Assembly (NCBI GenBank): GCA_002269645.1
Contig: NIVC01000900.1
Span: 208,690 to 272,689, forward strand
Length of the DNA: 64,000 nucleotides
Direction of reading: 5' to 3'
Source of the DNA: Macrostomum lignano
Taxonomy: Eukaryota
How positions within the stretch are numbered: the stretch's first letter is position 1; the number at the start of each line of letters is the position of its first letter. The notes below the pieces were generated by a model, which did not search any database, was not told the DNA's origin, and saw only the letters and a program-made list of their open reading frames with translations. The position numbers were made by a program, and so were the translations under genes. Below are positions 56,452 to 64,000 of the stretch, piece after piece.

Positions 56452-58259
56452 ACTAACTGAGTTCTTAGAAAGAATCTCATTATTCTGTGTAAAGCATTAC
56501 ATACGAGCGTGTATGCCCTGTTTGGTATCAAATAGTATAATATTTTTATCTCGTATAATGCGAGCTACTCCACTAAAAACTGCAACCACCAATGAATCAA
56601 AAAGGCCGTCTATATTATTTTACATACAAATAAAGCCGACAACCGTCGAAGCACGTTTAGAAACGCAGTATTTGTATTTCATTATATTCTGTGAATCTCT
56701 GCTCCAGTGTATTTTACTAATTTCTGTAGTATTTCCGTATATGTATTTCTTTATAGTATGCTTAAAACTTGATAAGTTGCGCTTGTTTTAAAATACTCTT
56801 ACTTTGTACTGCGATAAGTTCTACAGATACGATTGTAATTTAATTTTGGTTCATTTTGTGCGTGGCTTTGCAGGGAATATACAGTATTGTGCATATGCGT
56901 ATTACCAGTCTGTATATTATATCAATAAAATTAGACTTTTGCCTAGTGCAAATCTCGATTGTGAACAGATTTGAAATCGTATTGTCAACTTTTATCATTG
57001 AGCTTAATAAATTTATTCAAGCCGATTTGGTGCTTTAATTTATGTCAGTGCGATTACCGTCTACCCGGGATAAGCAATTTTTACTGGCACAGGTTGGTCA
57101 TGATCTATTTGGCGAGTGACCTAGGTTATGATCTATGAGACAACTGTCTGGGACAGACAAGTACATTGTAGGCCATGATCTATCAGATGAGACTCTGGGC
57201 CGCAGCCCAGAGATCCATCACGGCGCACTGATGTGCCAACGGCCCAGGCTCGATTCCAAGTGCAGCCACATAAATTTGGGGCTAAATTGGAATCTCACGA
57301 GTCGCATCTTGAAAAATTGAAAGACCGGAGTCCTATTACAGCTTCATGAGTCTAAGTGAAGTGCAAGTTTACATATATAGGTCTATTTAGCCTCGGTGCA
57401 TCAAGTATCAGACATCGATTATTCTAAGTCACCTACTTATACGACTGCTAATCCTAAATTTAGCTTTGCAAATATCGATAATCCAAAACGTAACACTGCA
57501 GGTCCTGTCAAAATCGCCCCTCGAAGTTTTCGTCAGATGAATATAAACCCTGCTCGTAAGTGCAAAATGATTTACCCTTAGTTGCAAGTTCAGAGTAAAT
57601 GCTGGATTTCCAGACAATAGCTTCTTAGATGAAAAATATTTTTAATGAGGCCTAGAGTTAAACTACATGCGTGGAGACATTATTCTTGGCATGTGCACGA
57701 AAATTGTGCTCTTCTTGTCCAGGATAGCTAGCTCCCAAGGCACAACTTCCTTGTGCGTGTATCCCTTGTAAATCAGATCTTTTATCTTACATCTTCAGGT
57801 CACTGTATCTGCACAAATGCCGCCTGATGCCATTCAGGACCGCTGTCAGATTGCTATTGACAGCCTCATCGCTACAAACCTGGTGGGTTGACAGCACTAA
57901 GCTGGAGCTGGACCCTGGTGGGAGGCGGAATCAATAGGCGGCGTCAACTTCATTCATGTGCAAATATATTGGAAAATTGAAACCTCTCCGAACCACTGTA
58001 AGAAAGTTTCGATTTCAGTTGACAACGTGACATGCGTGAGATACATTAGCGGACGAGCGTTCTCGGAGTGGTTCTTTAAATGCGGTAAAGTTGGTCGTGT
58101 GCTCAGATTTCAGTGTCACGGCAGATCTCAACTTTTTTATCCGAGGTTCAAGCATTCGGTCACTCGAGCGGAGAGGCGAATAGGTTTGCTAATTGACATT
58201 TTATTTGCATCTTGCTACTAGGTTCAATCGGGGAATATCTCCCTCTCTCTACAGTGTAG

Positions 58260-60760
58260 GGCCGTATGAACGGAGGACGTTGGCGACCACAGTCTTCCAC
58301 AAAGCACAGTCCGTTGAGGCGTGAAGTATTTCCAGGCTGCTCGTGTTCATTTATTGAGACAAATTCTTCAGAAAGGGTTATTTGCTGTCTTTCACGGTCT
58401 TTTTTCCTTCAATCTTCCCAGTCACTGGCAGCTGCTCGATTCCTTTCTTATTCATAATGAGACCAAAGAACTCCACCTGCCGTCTCCGAATTCTCGCCCC
58501 TAAGTTTCTTCAGCAACCAGCTCTTAGCAGAGCACTTACAGTAACGCTAAAAAATTTATTAATTTTTTTGATGGCCAAATGTCTGAAAATTACATTAGCA
58601 AAAGTCGAAATATGCAATAGTGAGCAATTAATCTTTTTGGAAAATCCCATGGTTTAAAAAGCCGCTGCAAAACCGGTAATTTACAGCTGCCTTCCAACAT
58701 TAAGTTTTATATTAATCTAATAAATGATAAAATTTCTATTTTTAATTTTAATAAACTTAATAAATGTAATCAATTTACTAGAAACAAGTGAAACATCTCT
58801 GTATGTGAATTTTCTCAGTTTGAAAGTGATTGATGGTAGTTATTTTATTTCCTAGTAATAATGGCTTTTATCGAAGTATTATCAAATAAACTTTGTGGCA
58901 CTTCACCCAGTCTTCACCTAGTGCCGTCAGAGTTTTTCCAGCCCCGGTGTGACATACAACAGCCCCAGTGGGTTGCATGCATGCTAGCCATCGATGGAAA
59001 GTCTGTTGCAGAAAGGCCAGCCGATAGCAGCCGCACAAGAAGCGTCAAAAATACACTTTCTACTCGGAAATACACTTCGTTAATTCTATTTCTATATCTT
59101 CCCAAAATAATTTAGGTCAGCTAAATCTGTATAAGTGTCGTCAGAGCTCAAACAACATTTTCCTCAACGTTTGCACGCCTGCTCTTGTGCAATGGATGGC
59201 GTAATCGCGCAGACCTCTTATCCGTTCTGGCGCGTTTGTCACAGTCTTACTCGTAGTGAACGCCTTCCCTAGTGGGGCCTATAGGGAGGCAGAGGTCCCC
59301 GTTGCTGCCCACTTCATGCATGTCAAAATATTCAATAATATGGACCGCTACTCAGACTGGAACCATTTCCGAATCACGCTCGACGGGAGGGTCTGCAACG
59401 TATACAGAGGAAGCTTCTTCACTGCGTGATTTTGATTGCAATGGTTGGGGAAAAGTTCTACGAATTGAAAGCTTGATAAGATGGGTTCCGTTTGAGACTG
59501 ATTGAGGTGGAAGCGTTCGGCGACACGGTGAGATCCACTGAAAACGAGACAGCACCAAGTGCGTTGCTCTTCCGTCAGTTCTTTTCGGCGATAAGAGGAA
59601 TGTAATCTGTAATCATCGACTGTATTGGTCTTGTTGAATACGACCGCCATAAATATTACGACAGCTTAAGAGTAAGCAGCCCACACAATCGGGTCCATCC
59701 ATTTTGGGAGACTCAGTCTCAGTGGTTGATCCAGTACACTGCAGCTACTACTTATAACAAATTGTGGGCCTCAGAGCTCAGCCAATTTTCTTGTGAAGGT
59801 CGACGGTAGAATTTGTTTCAGATTTACAGAAGTGAAAAATCGAAGTCAAACTTTTTATTTGAAAAACGAACTCAGTTGCACGGGCACAACCTTCCGTATT
59901 GAGCTGGACGGAACCGACCATGAGTTGCTGTGCTTCGGGGAAGTTGAGTTGTATGCAATCTAGGATATAGAATTTCGGCTAACTAATAAATAGATATCGA
60001 ATAGTTATCGAATAGAGAAATAATTAAATAGTTAAATTATATGAGCCCACTGCAGTAGTTCATTTTGCCCATAAAGATAGGAGAGTTGCTAAGTCTTATT
60101 TTACTAAATTCATTCTAACTTCGGCTTAGCTAAACATTGTTCAGGACAAAACTAATTGCCATTGTGTCTGACTGAAAGTATACAGTACGAGCTATATACA
60201 ATATCCGAAGCATCAAGACAAAGACTGGAAGGGTTGCGATAAAGCAAAAAATAAAAAAAGAAGGACGCCAATAGATGGCGGAGGCATCAGCCAACATATA
60301 GAGAGATAACTGTTTGCCGTAAAGTAAACCACATGTAGTATAGCAGCAAAACTCGGTGGAGTATCAGAAAAAATGATTTGGCATCACTTTTGGATGTGTC
60401 GTTTAAATATATATAAATTATATAAGGTATTAACAGAGTTTAGCATCAAAACAAGCTTATAGGCTGCTTGTTTAAATGAAGTCACTATAAATTTAAAGGA
60501 AAACTGCAGTTTTACTCCATGCTTTAGTCTGTTTGAATATTTCTGTTTTTATTTTTTCATTTGCGACTTTGCTGCAGGACAGCTGCTTCTCGACGACTGT
60601 CGGCAGAGCCCAGGCCAGCATGGCTCCTGCAACACAGCCATCGATGGAGTTGACTCGATAGATTATTTATCAAGATACGTCGCAGAGTTTGAATACCCGT
60701 GGTGTGAGGGCCAATTCACACAATGGATTGAATGTCACTGATTGAAGTGCAGGCCTTTAG
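58260..60760 (+). pseudogene. Decayed PAN-like + tandem F-type-lectin (fucolectin/discoidin)-like locus
   Basis: Frameshifted pieces: FSFNLPSH.QL (PAN-like), repeated CRQS...C..A(I/M)DG...PW (about 58920, 59135, 60600), FRITLDGRVC...CNGWGKVLRI...LIEVEAFG, and FLVKVDGRIC...CTGTTFRIELDG...LLCFGEVELYAI* (ends about 59963). Confidence 0.5.
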
Positions 60761-61489
60761 AGAACTTGCTCACTTGCAGTACGATGGTCCAAACTTTTGA
60801 AAGAAGGGATTGGAAAATTGAAATTCTTGATGTCTAACTTATATCTTTTCCTAGCAACAAGTCTTTTGGTGTTCTCCCTTCAGTTTCAGGTTAAATGTAT
60901 TGTTAAAGCTGATAAGCAGAGTACAATTTTTATCTCATGAGTATAGAAACAGTATAGCAGGAATCTATATGTTTATTCTTTATTCTTTGAAAAATATTAA
61001 AATATACTAAATTTCTGATTTCATTGTCTGTTAATTGTTTAATTATAAAACAAACGATTCCCGAGTAAAGTCTAATAAATATTTTTGAAGACGTATGGAT
61101 TGATGTCAGAATCTTTCGATAAATTTAATGCACACAGGGCTACCTACTGTATACGGAGTAATAAAGATAAAGCTGATTGTCTTACAGTTCTGTGTGGGTG
61201 ACTAGGGGCCACACCCAACACAGAGACTCTTACCCATGACACCATGCAGTCCTGAACGCCACAGCTCCTGGTGACTGCATAATGAATAACGCCCTGAATA
61301 ATAAATGCTGCCCTCAGAGCAGCAGCTTTCCAAATTCTGAAATGTTGTCAGAGACTTACGACACCAGGCACTCTGGCGTGCTCATCTTAGCCTGCTCACA
61401 CCTGAATGAGCAGTAGCCGCATAAAAACACGGGTAGCTGATGGTATAGCAAGTCACATCTCTCTGACTTCTCAGTCAGGTCCCAAAGCA

Positions 61490-63674
61490 ATGCTTGGATT
61501 CGTGCCACTACTCTCTGTATTGTGGGCCAGTTTGCCCATTGCTGAAACATTTTACCAGACGCCGCTGTTCAATGCTGCGCTTCGTCGTCCACTGAGCACC
61601 TCGCCTGCTCAATCTGCTTGCGGTGTTCCAACGCCTCAACGCTTAATCGATTGTCCAGATGGCTCGAGCGGCAGCTGCTACTGTAATCGAACATGTCCTC
61701 AGGGCTACGCAGCACCGACACCAGTGCTGAGTCTTCTAGACTCATCCGTTGTAACTAACGGCTCTGCAAATGCGAGTCAAGAGTATTCGATCGCAAAAAT
61801 GAAGCTGCCACTGGCGCAGGATTGGAAACAAAATGGCGACTTCAGCTTCGGTCTCCGATTTCTGTTGGCTGATGGTTTCGTTAATGGGTAAGGTTTTTTG
61901 GTACTAAAGCTGCTGCGATATTGGCCTTTCTGTACTCCAAATATTTCATATTACGACTCCTTCGATTGCTTTGAAATCTTAATCAAATATTGAGGCACTA
62001 CATCTACATCGGCTAGTATAAATAGGATGTGCGAAATTGAGCTTAAAAAATTTTCATTTTCGAAAGGAAATTCTATTTTGTATTCTTTACTCGAATATTT
62101 TACTTGCAAGTCAGTCTGGTACACTCGTAAAAAGCGTCATTTGAATCATTTCCAGGTCGATTTTTTACCTGACTAATTTAAACAACAGTCTGGCTTTTGC
62201 TGCATCGCTGAGCCCAGCCGGCCTGCATCTTACTTATCGAGACGTGTCGGCAATTCTGCAAAAAGTTCTGCACACCGACAGCTACCAAACTGGTCGGTGG
62301 TATCACCTGGGCTTGCAGGTACACAGAGATCAATGGGCGGTGTTTCTAGACGGCGCGGGACCTCAGCTGACGCCTCTGGCTGTCTATAACTGGCCAGTTT
62401 TAGCACTGGAACCGGTTTCAACTGGTTCGATTGTGCTGGCTAGCGCTTGTTGTGGTAATTGTTTTTTTCAATGTATCCTCCATCCGAGTAGTTTGTTAAA
62501 ATGATTTAGCTAGAGTTAAGCCAAGATAGCCGTGGTTAGTCAGCAGTTAAATAGGACTGCGTTACGTCTCAAGGCAGCCACACTATGGTGCAAAACTGGT
62601 CAATTGACCTGCGGTTCCAGTAGACTGCTGTTATAGGGTAGGATATTTGCGACACGGTACACGGTGCTGTGTCGTTGGCAGCCACATCTGTCGTTGTAGC
62701 CTTTTTAGATCTTTTAATAAAAACAAATCTACTCTATCGTTTTTCAGGGTACTCAGACTTTAATGGAAAGCTAAAAGATTTAAAGTTGTTCAACCGTACC
62801 TTAACAAACCGTGACATGAACCAATTGTACTCCGGAAAGTTCTTGGACTCAGGCCAGGATCTCTCTGAATGCCGATGCCCGTCCAGTCATCCAAGAATGT
62901 CGCTGGACAACCAGACTCTCTGCCTGGCTAACTTTGCTAATGACAGTGAGTTCACGCTACATCCTGCTAAGACATATCCAAAATGCTATACTCAGTGCAG
63001 GAGCTTACTCCCCTAAATCACGCCGCTGGTTCACGGCACAGAATAAAGCAACAACAAGCTGCCAACCAATTCCAGCTTCGAGTGTCCCCCGTTTGAATCC
63101 GGCCGCACATGCGCTCGAATTCGCCAATGACGGCGACACGGTCAGTTCGTGGATCTCTGCCCGCATGTCGTCAGTAGCCCTGACTGTAGAGTTGCCAGCC
63201 AGTCTCCAGGTAGGCACGGTGGCGCTGTTGCTGCAGGTTGACTCAGGAGCACAGCTGCAGCCGAAGCGGCTTCGCCTTCTGCGATCGGCACACTTGGAAG
63301 GCGATACTTCATGGTCCGTCTGGGCTGAGTTCATCATGAATGCTACAGGCAATGTCACCAGTTGCAGTGTTAACAACGGTAGCGGCGACTGCCGATCGAT
63401 GCCTTCTGCTTCTCAGCCAGGCCGGCTGCTCGCCAGCTTCTCTCCGCCGGATCCGTACGCCTCCAAGGAGCAACGAGCAGCAGCCCTGGCCAGACGAGTT
63501 CGCATTGAAGCTTTTGCTCGCGAAGGCTCCCTTGGAGGCTACTACGTTATTTACGAGCTTAGGGTCCTCGCCAGGTGCGACTGCGGAGGCCAGGCGACTG
63601 ACTGCCTTATAGATTCCCACAATGGCAGCGTGAGGTGCTCGTGTCGTCCTGACACCTTCACGCAAGGAAAATTG
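61490..63674 (+). CDS. USH2A: Usherin (USH2A-like), 5' part; gene continues beyond the window
   Basis: Exons 61490-61887, 62156-62454, 62748-62945 and 63001-63674, in frame. Signal peptide, ACGVP, LamG-like FNGKLKDLKLFNRTLTNRD, CRCPSSHPR, RLNPAAHALEFANDGDTVSSWIS (LamNT) and ARCDCGGQATDC (EGF-laminin), in the order of vertebrate usherin. Confidence 0.9.
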
Positions 63675-64000
63675 GTACGCTACTAGTTATGTACTTTTCA
63701 AGCAGTTTTGTGTTATTTTTTAATGTAATTAGGTAGGTGTGAATTGGCATGGTGCATATGGTGCATGGTTAAGGAAGTTATTTACAAAGTCTAATTTAAT
63801 GCCAATACAATGTTCAAGAAAAACATAATAGTATAAGAAAAGCATGACTGCACCTAAACAGGAGGGTGCCACACTTAAGTCAGTTTTTGCTGCAAAGTTC
63901 TTGTGCGGTAAGGCCAAATTGCAGCAGAAGTCTTCCTATGGTACAGTCTACATGTAAAATAACTATATTCGCAAAAGTTATTCGCAAAGCCAGTTTTAAA

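Noticed and set aside
57178-57215. Hammerhead-like cagatgag + hairpin ctctggg/cccagag
   Set aside because: The core is CAGAUGA and no GAAA follows stem II.

Overview
Eukaryotic, intron-rich invertebrate genomic DNA. A free-living flatworm such as Macrostomum is a guess from gene style only. There are no prokaryotic operons, rRNA, true tRNA genes or CRISPR arrays. Gene models were read by hand from GT-AG sites and frame continuity: (1) four paralogous secreted PAN/apple + LamG/ConA-like genes (A 9788-11478 -, B 22785-24744 +, D 27457-29400 -, C 43773-45050 -); (2) an EGF-repeat/TSP1 single-pass membrane protein (12100-18130 +); (3) a calumenin/reticulocalbin EF-hand protein ending in HDEL (18606-22100 -); (4) an atypical SMAD (40071-42451 +); (5) a FAM166-like exon; (6) an intronless PAN + C-type lectin gene (49045-49821 -); (7) a bestrophin (52080-56451 +); (8) a decayed PAN + F-type-lectin-like locus; (9) the 5' part of usherin (61490 onward, +). 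Introns and spacers are full of micro- and minisatellites, MITEs, two tRNA-derived CORE-like SINEs, and mariner, Penelope (with a hammerhead) and RT-RNase H LINE remnants. Two multi-kb blocks are strongly CpG-depleted. The two best leads are the PAN-LamG family, where three copies share a near-identical constant tract around an intronic minisatellite but have very divergent C-terminal halves, and an R-SMAD-derived protein lacking the DNA-binding hairpin, the linker and the C-terminal SSXS.
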